Positions 32,487 to 43,769 of a DNA stretch of 64,000 bases are shown piece after piece. Source of the stretch: Actinomycetota bacterium (GTDB lineage: Bacteria; Actinomycetota; Geothermincolia; Geothermincolales; RBG-13-55-18); contig JAQVFR010000003.1 of the NCBI GenBank assembly GCA_028697145.1, positions 76,834 to 140,833 on the forward strand, given 5' to 3'. Position 1 is the stretch's first letter; every line of letters starts with the position of its first letter. Below the pieces are notes generated by a model that saw only the letters and a list, made by a program, of their open reading frames with translations, was not told where the DNA came from and did not search any database. The translations under genes and the position numbers were made by a program.

Positions 32487-32642
32487 TTTCCGCCCTCCCG
32501 TATGTAGGTTTTCTGCGCCCGGAGGTCCAGTTCCTGCCGCCTCCCCGCCTTCCCGCTCCTCCGCTCTCTGCGGCCGACATTCATTCCATGATAGTGGACG
32601 TGCGTGCGGAGGCGCTGAACAAACCCCGGCCCGGCATACGCT

Positions 32643-34154
32643 CTACCTTCCGAGGAGGGAATATATCAGGGGGATGTCCAGGGAGCGGCGGACAACGACG
32701 GCAAGGCGGTCGAGATGCCCTTCCCTCCATTCCAGCCAGTCCCGCTCCAGGTGCATCTCGGGGAGGCCGCGGCGTCGGCGCAGTTGATTCAGGAATGCCT
32801 CCATCAGGGGGCGGTTTTCGAAAAGACCGTGCAGATAGCACCCGAAAACGGGGAGGCGGTCGTGGTGGGCGCCGTCCGGGATGTTTGCCTCCACCCCGTC
32901 CCTTTCCGTGATAAGCAATGGGGGTCGCGACCCGCCCCGCGTATCTCCCATGTGGATCTCGTATCCCGCGAGGGCTGCGGCGGATGGCTCCAGCCCCATG
33001 AACGGCACGGCACGCTCGACCACCGCCCTGACGCGGTGCGTGCTCTTGCCGCCGCCGAGGACGGTCGTGACCGGCAACAGCCCGAGCCCTTCCGTCTCAC
33101 GGCGGCAGGATTCAACGCTCCCGGGGTCCTCTATCCTCTCTCCCAGCATCTGGTAGCCGCCGCAGATGCCGATGACCGGGACACCCAGGTGCGCCAGGCG
33201 GACGACCTGCGCGGCCAGCCCGTTCTCCCGCAGGTAATCCAGGTCGGCTACGGTACTCTTGCAGCCGGGAAGGATAACCGCGTCCGGGATGCCCAGGCGC
33301 GCGGGCCCGCTCACGAATCGCAAACCGACCCCCGGCTCGCGGGCCAGGGGGTCGAAGTCGGTGGCGTTGGAGATATGCGGGAGGTGGAGCACGGCGATGT
33401 CCAGGGCTTGCGCGGCGTCCTTGCCCGCGGCGGCGGAGCGCAGTTCCTCCAGGTTGACCGTGTCCTCCTCCTCGAGGCCGAGATCACGTATATACGGCAC
33501 CACGCCCAGGACCGGTTTTCCCGTCCTCTCCTCCAGGAATTCCAGGCCTCCCCCCAGCAGCTCGAGGGAGCCGCGGAACTTGTTGATGATGAAGCCGGCC
33601 ACCAGGTCTCTCTCCTCCGGCTCCAGCAGCTCCAGGGTGCCCACCAGGGCGGCGAACACGCCCCCGCGGTCAATGTCCCCCACCAGGATTACCGGGGCGC
33701 CCGCCGCCCGGGCCACGCGCATGTTCGCTATGTCACGGTCCGCGAGGTTTATCTCCGCCGGGCTGCCCGCGCCCTCCATGACCACGATGTCGTACGTGGC
33801 GCGCAACCTCTCCAGAGCCTCCAGCGCGGCGGGCAGGAATTCCAGCTTGAGGAGGTGGTATTCCCCCGCCGCCATGTGCCGCACCGGCCTGCCGTTGAGG
33901 ATGACCTGCGCCATTTCGTCAGAGGCGGGCTTGAGCAGGATGGGATTCATGTCGGTATGCGGTTCTGTGCCCGCCGCCTGGGCCTGCAACACCTGGGCTC
34001 GCCCCATCTCCCCCCCCTGGGGAGTCACGTAAGAGTTGAGGGACATGTTCTGGGACTTGAACGGCGCCACCCGCCAGCCGTCCTGCGCGAAGATGCGGCA
34101 GAGCGCCGCTGCCATGACGCTCTTTCCCGTGTGGGAGCCGGTGCCCTGCACCAT
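32643..34154 (-). CDS. cobQ: Cobyric acid synthase
   Basis: CobQ/CbiP ATPase N-domain (GTGSHTGKS) and a C-terminal glutamine amidotransferase domain. Start at the ATG giving MVQGTGS. Confidence 0.85.
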   Translation of the reverse strand: MVQGTGSHTGKSVMAAALCRIFAQDGWRVAPFKSQNMSLNSYVTPQGGEMGRAQVLQAQAAGTEPHTDMNPILLKPASDEMAQVILNGRPVRHMAAGEYHLLKLEFLPAALEALERLRATYDIVVMEGAGSPAEINLADRDIANMRVARAAGAPVILVGDIDRGGVFAALVGTLELLEPEERDLVAGFIINKFRGSLELLGGGLEFLEERTGKPVLGVVPYIRDLGLEEEDTVNLEELRSAAAGKDAAQALDIAVLHLPHISNATDFDPLAREPGVGLRFVSGPARLGIPDAVILPGCKSTVADLDYLRENGLAAQVVRLAHLGVPVIGICGGYQMLGERIEDPGSVESCRRETEGLGLLPVTTVLGGGKSTHRVRAVVERAVPFMGLEPSAAALAGYEIHMGDTRGGSRPPLLITERDGVEANIPDGAHHDRLPVFGCYLHGLFENRPLMEAFLNQLRRRRGLPEMHLERDWLEWREGHLDRLAVVVRRSLDIPLIYSLLGR

Positions 34155-34186
34155 GATGCAGCGCGCGCGGCCATGCGTCACGCCCG

Positions 34187-35482
34187 TCACGGCTCCCCCT
34201 CCCCGCTCACCAGCTCGATCAGCTCCTCTTTCTCCCGACACTCCACCGCCCCCATGTCAAGCAGCCGTTTGTACAGCTCGCGCGCCGCGCCCCCGGTATG
34301 GTCGCGCTCTTCGACGGGGCGGGGAGAGAACAGGTACACCCTCTTCCCCCATTCCAGCGCGGTCGCGGCCGCCTCCAGGTTGACCAGGTTACCCGGCCCG
34401 ACGTGCACGTCGCTCAGCACCACTGCGTCCGCCTGCCTCACCAGCTCGAGGTTGTCGCGGTGCGCCGCGTCTGATATATGCGAGAACGGCGACTCGGTCG
34501 CCATGCGTATCTCCAGCGATCGTCCCACCTCCTCGTCGCCGTCCCCCAGGTTGAGCACCCCCGCCGTGAGGTAGCAGCCGCGCTCGAGCAGCTCGCGCAT
34601 GAAAGAAGCCCCGCTGGCCCCCCCGCATATGAGGTGGACGCGGGGTCCAGTGGCTGCTCCAGCGTCGGAGGTGGGCAGAAAGACCACGTGGGGCCGCCCG
34701 GTCACCGCATGGCGGGTGACGATGGAGCCGACCCCGAAGACCTCCCGCAACACACCGGCGGTGAGCACCTGCGCGGGCTCACCGCGCGCGTATTCCCTCC
34801 CCTTGAGCATGACTATGATGCGGTCACAATACTGCGACGCCAGGTTGAGGTCATGCATGACCATGATCACGGCCACCCCCCGGGAGCACATGGACGAGAG
34901 CATCTCCAGGAGCGAGAGCTGGTGGTTGATGTCCAGGTGCTGGGTGGGCTCGTCGAGCAGCAGCAGCCCCGTGTCCTGGGCCAGGGCCTGGGCAATGATC
35001 ACCCTCTGCCGCTCGCCCCCCGAGAGCTCGTTCACCTGCCGGTCGGCCAGGTGCCATACGTTGGCCCTCTCCATGGCCTGGCGCGCCAGCTCCAGGTCCT
35101 CCGGCCCAGCACCCTGCAGGCGGCCCAGGTGGGGGTTCCTTCCCATGAGCACTACCTCCAGGGCGGTGAAGCCGAAGGACAGGGAGGAGTCCTGCGGCAC
35201 CAGGGCCATGTTCCGCGCCACGCGGCGCGCCGGCAGGCCGTAGACGTCCTCACCCTCCAGGAGCACCACGCCCTCGCGGGGACGCAGCGCGCGGGAGAGG
35301 GTCTTGAGGAAACTCGTCTTACCGGAGCCGTTGGGGCCCACGATGGCGATGAAATCCCCCGCGCTGACCTCGATGTTCATGCCCGCGACGACGTCGTCGC
35401 GGTAATAGGCAGCGTGCACCTCCCTCGCCTCGAGGGTGCTCCACCGCTTCCCTTCCACGCGCGGCCACTCAGGCGATGGCAT
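34187..35482 (-). CDS. ABC transporter ATP-binding protein (FecE/BtuD family) fused to a ~160-aa C-terminal domain of unknown function
   Basis: Walker A GPNGSGKT, signature LSGGERQR, Walker B LLLDEP within the first ~260 aa. A further ~160 aa follow (…HLICGGASGASFMREL…VVLSDVHVGPGNLVNLEAA…). Confidence 0.8.
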   Translation of the reverse strand: MPSPEWPRVEGKRWSTLEAREVHAAYYRDDVVAGMNIEVSAGDFIAIVGPNGSGKTSFLKTLSRALRPREGVVLLEGEDVYGLPARRVARNMALVPQDSSLSFGFTALEVVLMGRNPHLGRLQGAGPEDLELARQAMERANVWHLADRQVNELSGGERQRVIIAQALAQDTGLLLLDEPTQHLDINHQLSLLEMLSSMCSRGVAVIMVMHDLNLASQYCDRIIVMLKGREYARGEPAQVLTAGVLREVFGVGSIVTRHAVTGRPHVVFLPTSDAGAATGPRVHLICGGASGASFMRELLERGCYLTAGVLNLGDGDEEVGRSLEIRMATESPFSHISDAAHRDNLELVRQADAVVLSDVHVGPGNLVNLEAAATALEWGKRVYLFSPRPVEERDHTGGAARELYKRLLDMGAVECREKEELIELVSGEGEP

Positions 35483-36542
35483 GTCTCCTCCTCTTGAGCA
35501 GGTAGATGAAGAAAGGCGCCCCGAAGAAGGCGGTAACGATGCCCACCGGCAGCTCGTTGGGGGCGATCACCGTGCGGGCCAGGGTATCGGCCAGCACCAG
35601 GAAGAGGCCGCCCCCGATAAGCGAACCGGGGATGAGGTAACGGTGGTCCGGGCCAGTGAGCAATCTCACGATATGGGGCGTCATCAGCCCCACGAAACCT
35701 ATGATGCCCGAGACCGAGACCGCGGCCCCCACCACCACGGCGGCCACGACGAACATGATCCACAGGAACCTGCGCGTCTCGAGCCCCAACTGCGCCGCCC
35801 GCTCCTCTCCCAGCATGAGCAGGTTAAGATCCCTCGCGTAGAAGGCGCTCACCGCCGCTCCGACCACGATGAAGGGGAGCACCGCGAGCACCGCGTCCCA
35901 GCTCCCCGTCCCGAGCCCTCCCATGAGCCAGAAGAAGATGTTGTGCAAGCGGTCCTCGCTCATCACCGCGAGCAGGGAGACGATGGAGGACAGAAAGGAC
36001 GACAGGGCGAAGCCGACCAGCAGCAGATAGGCGACGGACACGCGCCCTCCGGCCCGGGCGATGAAGTAGACCAGAAGCACGGCCAGGAAAGCCCCGACGA
36101 AAGCGAACAACTGCACCGCCGTAAGCCCGCCCCATCCGAAGCTGATGCCGAAGAAGAGGGCGAAGGTCGCCCCCAGGGCGGCCCCCTGCGAGGAACCGAT
36201 GATGCCGGGGTCCGCCATGGGATTGCGAAAGATGCCCTGGAATATCGCTCCCGCCAGCGCCAGTCCCATGCCCACCAGCAGGGCCAGCAGGACACGGGGC
36301 AGCCTGACCGAGATGATGATGGTCTCCTGCACGGGGGACCAGGTAGCGTCCACCAGGCGGCCCAGCAGGGGCACGCGTGAGAGTATGATCCTGGCGGAGG
36401 TGGTGATGGGCACGTACACCGCGCCCAGGGCGACCGCGATGACCACCGCCGCGACCAGGAGCAGCCCCAGCACGACCAGCACGCTGACGCGCCGCCTGCG
36501 CAGCGCCGCGAGCTTGCCCGCGATCCCGGCTACGGCTTCCAT
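35469..36542 (-). CDS. FecCD-family ABC permease (B12/iron-siderophore type)
   Basis: Polytopic membrane protein with BtuC/FecCD-like topology. ATG at 36542. Confidence 0.8.
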   Translation of the reverse strand: MEAVAGIAGKLAALRRRRVSVLVVLGLLLVAAVVIAVALGAVYVPITTSARIILSRVPLLGRLVDATWSPVQETIIISVRLPRVLLALLVGMGLALAGAIFQGIFRNPMADPGIIGSSQGAALGATFALFFGISFGWGGLTAVQLFAFVGAFLAVLLVYFIARAGGRVSVAYLLLVGFALSSFLSSIVSLLAVMSEDRLHNIFFWLMGGLGTGSWDAVLAVLPFIVVGAAVSAFYARDLNLLMLGEERAAQLGLETRRFLWIMFVVAAVVVGAAVSVSGIIGFVGLMTPHIVRLLTGPDHRYLIPGSLIGGGLFLVLADTLARTVIAPNELPVGIVTAFFGAPFFIYLLKRRRHAIA

Positions 36543-36762
36543 GTCACCTTTGTGCGCGCGGGGCTGTGGATCTCGTAAGAATCCAGGCGCCGGCACTTCC
36601 GCGCCGCCCTGCCGCTAAGGCCTTCCGCCGCAACGCGGGATCCGATCGGGCTTGCAGCGCTGACTCCGCCTCCTCGCGACACGGTCTCCCCGCGCGAAAA
36701 ACCGGCTTCCGCGGTATATGCCGTCGAGCGTCCTCGCTTGAACAATGCGACCTCCTGCGGGA

Positions 36763-37695
36763 TCAATCCTCCGGATACAGCGCCGCGTGCATGGCCTCCA
36801 GGCCTTCGATGAGGCGCGGCCCGGTGCGGTAGACCAGGTTCTCGTCGATGGTGTAGACCCTGCCGTTCTTCACAGCGTCGATGCGCTCCCAACCAGAGCG
36901 GGCGGTGATGTCGCCGGGGTCGAACATGGAGCCGCTGCCTACCAGGTAGACCTGGGGATTCTCGGCGATGAGGCGCTCCGCGCTGAACTCGTAGTATCCG
37001 CTGCTGTCGGCGTCGCCGATGTTCTCTCCACCGGCCATGCGGACGAGATCGGAGATGATGCTGCCGCTTCCGGCCGTCCACGCGTTGTTCTCGTAGAAGA
37101 TCTCATAGAACACCCGCGGACGCTCCTTCCCCTCCGCCTCCGCGGCGCTGACGGCCCTGGCGATATCCACCGCCCGCGCGTTCATCTCCGCCACAATGTC
37201 CTGTGCGCTTCCGGCCGCTCCCGTGATCTCTCCTATCTCCAGGATAGTCGCCAGCGTCTGATCGAAGGAGTTGGGGTTAACGGCGTAGGTCGGGATGCCC
37301 ATCTCGTCCATGCGGCCGAGGAACTCAAGCTGCTCCAACCCCGTGGCCAGCACCAGGTCGGGCTCCTGGGCGAGGATGGTCTCCGTGTTGGGGGACGAAA
37401 AGGTCCCTATGCTGGGCTTCGACCTGGCTTCGGGGGGGTAGTCGCAGTAATCCGTCACCCCCACCACCCTGTCCCCGAGGCCCAGGGCGAAAAGGATCTC
37501 GGTGCAGGCGGGTGAGGCCGAGACGATGCGCTCGGGGACTCCCTCCAGGGACACCTCTCGCCCCAGGTCATCGGTGAACAGCAGCGATTCCTCCGCCGGC
37601 TCGGTGCCGCCGCCGGAGTCACCGCATCCCGAAAACGCGGCGAGGCAGAGCAGCACGACGGCGAGTAGCGGCAGCGCCGCATATTTCCTTCTCAT
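36763..37695 (-). CDS. ABC substrate-binding lipoprotein (BtuF/FhuD-like class III)
   Basis: Lipoprotein signal …LLCLAAFSGCGDSGG. Periplasmic-binding fold. ATG at 37695 preceded by GGAGGAG. Confidence 0.8.
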   Translation of the reverse strand: MRRKYAALPLLAVVLLCLAAFSGCGDSGGGTEPAEESLLFTDDLGREVSLEGVPERIVSASPACTEILFALGLGDRVVGVTDYCDYPPEARSKPSIGTFSSPNTETILAQEPDLVLATGLEQLEFLGRMDEMGIPTYAVNPNSFDQTLATILEIGEITGAAGSAQDIVAEMNARAVDIARAVSAAEAEGKERPRVFYEIFYENNAWTAGSGSIISDLVRMAGGENIGDADSSGYYEFSAERLIAENPQVYLVGSGSMFDPGDITARSGWERIDAVKNGRVYTIDENLVYRTGPRLIEGLEAMHAALYPED

Positions 37696-37753
37696 CTTCT
37701 CCTCCTTTTTCCGTTGCGGGATCTTTCCGAACTTCCATGGCATGCGGACCCTT

Positions 37754-38551
37754 TCACGCCAGCAATGCGGGTATGCGGCTGGTCATTACGAGCAAGGCCA
37801 GAGCCTCGGCCAGCATCCCGGTCGCGCCGATGACGTCGCCGGTCACTCCTCCCAGGGAACGGGAGAAGAAGCCCCCCGCCATCTCCGCGAAGGCCAGGGC
37901 CGCAAGCGGGAGCACCGCTATCAGCAGGGGCACGTCGGCCAGGAAGAGGAAACAGCCGGCCAGGATAGCGGCGGCCAGAATCGTGGCCAGCGCGAGGTGG
38001 CGGGCCCTCGACTTCCCCACCATGGCGGCTCCCGTGCCCTCGAAGCGCGCGTACGGGAAGCGCACGCACATGTAAGCCATGACCCAGCGACCCAGGACCG
38101 GAAAAGCCAGCAGCGCCGCCCAGCGGAACCTTCCCGACGAGACCGTGAGTTGCGCCGGCAGTGCGTATATCGCTGCCAGCTCCACCAGCAGGAAAAGGGC
38201 CATTGCGGTGACCCCCAGCGCTCCGGCACGGGAGTCCTTCATGATGCGCAGGCGCTGCTCGCGGGTCCGCCTCCCCCAGAAGGCATCGGCGGTATCCATG
38301 AGCCCGTCGTGATGAAGCCCCCCGCTGAAGAGGGCGTAGACGGCTAGCACCAGGGCGGCGGAGAGGAAGTGCGAGACGCGGGGGAAGGCACGCCCGCAAG
38401 CCCAATCGGTGAGGACGAGCAATCCCCCCAGCACCCCTCCCACCAGGGGAAAGAAAGCCACGGCAGCCGCCAGCTCGGCATCTTCTCCCCCACGACGTGC
38501 GGGCAGGGGCACCGCCGACAGGAAGCGGAAGGCATCGAGGACCGCGCTCAT
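37754..38551 (-). CDS. cobS: Adenosylcobinamide-GDP ribazoletransferase (cobalamin synthase)
   Basis: 265 aa polytopic membrane protein of the CobS family. Sits in the cob cluster. Confidence 0.85.
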   Translation of the reverse strand: MSAVLDAFRFLSAVPLPARRGGEDAELAAAVAFFPLVGGVLGGLLVLTDWACGRAFPRVSHFLSAALVLAVYALFSGGLHHDGLMDTADAFWGRRTREQRLRIMKDSRAGALGVTAMALFLLVELAAIYALPAQLTVSSGRFRWAALLAFPVLGRWVMAYMCVRFPYARFEGTGAAMVGKSRARHLALATILAAAILAGCFLFLADVPLLIAVLPLAALAFAEMAGGFFSRSLGGVTGDVIGATGMLAEALALLVMTSRIPALLA

Positions 38552-38588
38552 CTAAGGCACCCGGTATCGATTTCCATCGCCATCTCCT

Positions 38589-39641
38589 TTACTCCGGTCC
38601 GGAGACCCCCGCCTCTTCGAAGGTGGCCATCTCCGCCAGTATCTTCAGGGACGCTTCCACGAGGAAAAATGCCAGCGCCGCGCCCGTGCCCTCACCCAGG
38701 CGCATGTTGGCGCGGATGATGGGGTGCAGGCCCAGGCGTTCCAGGATCGCCGCATGCCCCCTCTCGACCGAGAGGTGCGACGCTAGCATGAAGTCCGCGG
38801 CGCCGGGATGCAGCCCCGCTGCGATAAGCGCGCCCGCGGCGGAGATGAAGCCGTCCACCAGAACGGGACGCCGCGCCGCCGCCGCCGCCAGCAGCACGCC
38901 CGCGATACCCGCGATCTCCAGGCCGCCCACCCGGGAGAGGACGTCGAGGGCGTCCGCGGGGTCAGGGCTGTTCACCTCCAGGGCACGGCGCACGACCGCC
39001 GCCTTCCGCTCCAGGCCCTCATCGTCCATGCCCGTGCCGCGCCCCGTGACCTCGACCGCGTCGAGGCCGGTGATGCAGGCGGTGATGGCACTGGCGGCGG
39101 TGGTGTTCCCGATACCCATGTCCCCGGTGGCAAGGAGCCGTACGCCCCTGGCGATCTCCGCTTCTGCCACCTCTATCCCCACCTCCAGGGCGGCCACGGC
39201 GGCCTCGCAGGACATGGCCGGGCCAGCGGCCATGTTCGCCGTGCCCGCCATTATCTTGCGCGAGATCAGGCCCTCTCCCTCCAGGGGAACAGCCACGCCG
39301 ACGTCGACCACGCGCACCTCCGCTCCGGCGTGGCGGGCGAGCACGTTGATGGCCGCCCCTCCGGCCAGGAGATTGGCGACCATCTGGCCGGTCACCTCGG
39401 GCGGATAGAGGCTTACCCCTTCGCTGGTCACGCCGTGGTCGGCGGCCATGACGATCACCGTTTTCGTGCCCGGGGAGGGACGGGGGTCGCCGGTGATTCC
39501 CGCAATCCTCACCGCGATATCCTCCAGGACTCCCAGGGACCCCCTCGGCTTGGTCAGGCGGTCCTGCCTGGCGCTGGCCGCCCGCATGGCCTCCTCGTCC
39601 AGGCCGCCGATGCGCCGCAGCGCGTTCTCAAGTATCTCCAA
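38589..39641 (-). CDS. cobT: Nicotinate-nucleotide--dimethylbenzimidazole phosphoribosyltransferase
   Basis: 350 aa CobT fold (…GIGNTTAASAI…). TTG start. Confidence 0.85.
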   Translation of the reverse strand: MEILENALRRIGGLDEEAMRAASARQDRLTKPRGSLGVLEDIAVRIAGITGDPRPSPGTKTVIVMAADHGVTSEGVSLYPPEVTGQMVANLLAGGAAINVLARHAGAEVRVVDVGVAVPLEGEGLISRKIMAGTANMAAGPAMSCEAAVAALEVGIEVAEAEIARGVRLLATGDMGIGNTTAASAITACITGLDAVEVTGRGTGMDDEGLERKAAVVRRALEVNSPDPADALDVLSRVGGLEIAGIAGVLLAAAAARRPVLVDGFISAAGALIAAGLHPGAADFMLASHLSVERGHAAILERLGLHPIIRANMRLGEGTGAALAFFLVEASLKILAEMATFEEAGVSGPE

Positions 39642-40227
39642 GTTCTCCTCCCCTTCCGCCCTTTACGAGTATATGCAGCCCCGCTACGACCAGGTACACT
39701 TCGTCCGCCCTCTCCGCCAGTCTCTGGTTGAGGCGGCCGGCCAGGTCGCGGAAGATGCGGCCCAGCCGGTACGGCGGCACCACGCCCATCCCGACCTCGT
39801 TGGAGACGATGATGGTGGTCTCCGCTTCCTCGTGCATGCGCTCCACCATGTGCATGGCCTCCCCCTCGCACTCCTCCATGAGCCGCAACACCTCCTCCTC
39901 GGCCATGAGGTCCTCCTCCTCCACCGGCCAGTCCAGGCCCTTCGTCGCCATGAGGTTGGAGAGGTAAACGGTGAAGCAATCCAGGAGCGCCAGCCCGGCG
40001 CTCGCGGGTAACCCGTTCAGGACCGTGCCGCCTTCCAGCTCAAGGGTCAGCCAGCCGGCTGGACGCGCCCGGCGGTGGTGGCTGATGCGCTCGTCCATCT
40101 CCCCGTCCCTTGCCTCGGCCGTGGCCACGTAGCAGACCCTGCGGCCGGATTCCTCCGCCTTGCGTTGGGCGAAGGTGCTCTTGCCGCTGCGAGCCCCGCC
40201 GATCACCAGTACCATCTTCTTTTCCAT
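39628..40227 (-). CDS. cobU: Adenosylcobinamide kinase / adenosylcobinamide-phosphate guanylyltransferase
   Basis: P-loop IGGARSGKS. 199 aa. ATG at 40227 preceded by GAAGGA. Confidence 0.85.
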   Translation of the reverse strand: MEKKMVLVIGGARSGKSTFAQRKAEESGRRVCYVATAEARDGEMDERISHHRRARPAGWLTLELEGGTVLNGLPASAGLALLDCFTVYLSNLMATKGLDWPVEEEDLMAEEEVLRLMEECEGEAMHMVERMHEEAETTIIVSNEVGMGVVPPYRLGRIFRDLAGRLNQRLAERADEVYLVVAGLHILVKGGRGGELGDT

Positions 40228-40307
40228 GTCCCGTCCTTCTCTCTGGCTCTATCCGCCGGAGGACCGACATCTGCGGCATCCCAGGCACGGGGCGAGGCTT
40301 GACCCCA

Positions 40308-40345
40308 ATGCCTGGGGATGGAAATAAAATCTCCGCCCTCGAAAA
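40308..40345 (-). terminator. Intrinsic terminator hairpin plus U-tract forming the riboswitch expression platform
   Basis: Minus-strand RNA: CUCCGC…GCGGAG stem followed by AUUUUAUUUCC. It lies immediately 3' of the aptamer and 5' of cobU. Confidence 0.5.
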
Positions 40346-40560
40346 GAGAGCGGAGGTGGTTTGCCTGTGCCGCCAGGTCCTCTCTGATGCGGAGAGCTTG
40401 CTGACTCCTGTCGGGCAGGTCTTCTGACTCCTGGATCCTCGCTTCGCCCCCCCTTCCCAACTCGTAGTCAGTGGTTTCGCGGGGCTTTGCTCCCCAGTTA
40501 CAGCGGCGCTACCGTGCCGGCCTCTCACCGGCTTCCCTCTCGGGCCTTGCGGCACCCGCC
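40310..40560 (-). promoter_or_regulatory. Cobalamin (AdoCbl) riboswitch
   Basis: The minus strand contains GGUGCC…AGGGAAGCCGGUGAGAGGCCGGCACGGUAGCGCCGCUGUAAC… and the B12 box AGUCAGAAGACCUGCC at 40429-40414. It is upstream of cobU-cobT-cobS-btuFCD-cobQ. Confidence 0.85.
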
Positions 40561-40636
40561 AGGCATGTTATTAAACTGTCAACGCCCCCATGCTACCACA
40601 AGACGCGCGAAAAACGGAAGCGGGCGAGCCTTCCCT

Positions 40637-40765
40637 CTGCTTGACCCTCGCCAGCCCGGTGAACTACCAGGTCGGTCGCAGCGAGGCTTTGCGAGCGAGA
40701 CCGTTACCTGGAGGCCCCGGGCTGGACGAAAGGCAGGGAGAGACCGTTACCCTGAGGCTCGGGCC
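40637..40765 (+). repeat. Copy A of a ~125-bp intergenic direct repeat; contains two internal ~27-bp sub-repeats GAGACCGTTACC(C)TG(G)AGGC.C.GGGC
   Basis: Near-identical to 47060..47183, including CTGCTTGACC.TCGCCAGCCC… GGTCGCAGCGAGGCTTTGCGAGCGAGACCGTTACCTGGAGGCCCCGGGCT…GACCGTTACCCTGAGGCTCGGGCC. Confidence 0.8.
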
Positions 40766-40773
40766 TTAAATAT

Positions 40774-42400
<1,627 letters not shown>

Positions 42401-42517
42401 TTCTCCCTCCCTCTCCGCTTATCTTGATGCATCCTTATCTCACCGGTTGCCGGCAAGGGCTCCGCGTGCCTCTCCTACCACCCTCCCGGCGCGGCCCGGC
42501 TCCTTCCGCGAGGAGCC

Positions 42518-42715
42518 TTACTGGCATTTTATGAAGCGCCGGATGGAGCGGTCGTAGGTGCGCTCCACCTCGGGCGGGAAATAACAGGCCGGCAGTTCCC
42601 CCATGCGCCGGTGATATTCCAGACACTCGCAGCAGTAACCCTTGCGGGAGCAGGGTTCGTAGGTGCAGTTACACCTTTCCAGGTTGGCCTGATGGTTCTT
42701 GCATTCCCCCGCCAT
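42518..42715 (-). CDS. Small cysteine-rich protein (65 aa, 8 Cys), probably metal-binding
   Basis: [47 protein letters not shown]… The ATG is at 42713-42715; the track ORF extends further upstream. Confidence 0.5.
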   Translation of the reverse strand: MAGECKNHQANLERCNCTYEPCSRKGYCCECLEYHRRMGELPACYFPPEVERTYDRSIRRFIKCQ

Positions 42716-42941
42716 ACGCACTCCTCCTCGTCCTGAGCTGACCTGCTGTCGAAGCACAGTTTACAACATTAATCAGAGTTCGCGTATTGCGCAAGAAAGA
42801 GCTTGTGGGCGAGGTAGAGGATCCGGCGGGGCTGGGGCGGCATCACCCTTCTCGCCGCGAAGCCCGGTGATGTCGTGGGGCCGACAGGCTTGCTGCGTAC
42901 TGCCGTTGCTACCTGTGTCCGGTCCAGCAAACGTCCCGGCC

Positions 42942-43769
42942 CTATCCGCCGTCGACAGGTCCGGGCCCGTAGATGATGACGATATCGCCGGCGCGAATGC
43001 CCGTCCGCGCCGCCATGGAGCCGCCGCTCACTCCCGCGGCCATCACGCCCGACGAGTCCTCGAAGAGGAGCGCCGCGCCCGCCTCCACGTCGCCGAAGGT
43101 GGAGGCGAGGGTGGCCTCCAGGTCCTCCTCGCCCAGCCCCAGCAGCACGCGCGCGCCCTCCGCGTGGCCCAGCGCCCGTACCTGTTCGGGATAGGCGTTG
43201 AGGCGCAGGGAGCCGAAACGGTCGGCGTCTATCACCATAGCATATACGGCGCCCTCGCCCTCCCGGGCCCTGCCCCACGGCGCCGGGACCAGGTCATCCG
43301 GGTCCATCGGCTCCCCCATCTCGAGCGGGTCCACCCCCAGGGAGAGGTGTGCCGCCACGGGGGCGAAGATGTCCCGGGCATGAAACGTGGGGTGGACCGG
43401 CGTGCGAAAGAAATCCTGTTCGTCGAGGAAGTATGCCTTCTTCACGCCGCCAAGCCTTGCCGCCGCGGGGATGAGCAGGCCGTTGTCGGGTCCCACCAGC
43501 GCATCCCCTCTCTCCGTCACCAGGGCTATGGCCAGCCTGCGCGTCCCGACCCCCGGGTCGACCACCGCCACGTGCACCCCCATCGGCATGTACGGCAGCG
43601 CCGCCGCCAGCACGAAAGCCCCCTTCCCTATATCGAAAGGAGGGATATCATGGCTGATGTCCACGATGGCCGCCGCGGGATTTATGGAGAGGATCACCCC
43701 CTTCACCGCCCCCACCCATTCCTCCGAGAGGCCGAAATCGCTCATCAGGGTGATTATCATCTCAGTCAT
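42942..43769 (-). CDS. S-adenosyl-L-methionine hydroxide adenosyltransferase (DUF62; fluorinase/chlorinase-family SAM hydrolase)
   Basis: N-terminus MIITLMSDFGLSEEWVGAVKGVILSINP…DISHDIPPFD is the typical DUF62 pattern. 275 aa. Confidence 0.75.
   Translation of the reverse strand: MTEMIITLMSDFGLSEEWVGAVKGVILSINPAAAIVDISHDIPPFDIGKGAFVLAAALPYMPMGVHVAVVDPGVGTRRLAIALVTERGDALVGPDNGLLIPAAARLGGVKKAYFLDEQDFFRTPVHPTFHARDIFAPVAAHLSLGVDPLEMGEPMDPDDLVPAPWGRAREGEGAVYAMVIDADRFGSLRLNAYPEQVRALGHAEGARVLLGLGEEDLEATLASTFGDVEAGAALLFEDSSGVMAAGVSGGSMAARTGIRAGDIVIIYGPGPVDGG

Noticed and set aside
32715-34574. 619-aa plus-strand ORF
   Set aside because: Antisense to cobQ and the ABC ATPase.
40040-40555. 171-aa minus-strand ORF and neighbouring small ORFs in 40075..40460
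   Set aside because: They lie within the cobalamin riboswitch and its terminator. No RBS. Arg/Gly-rich.
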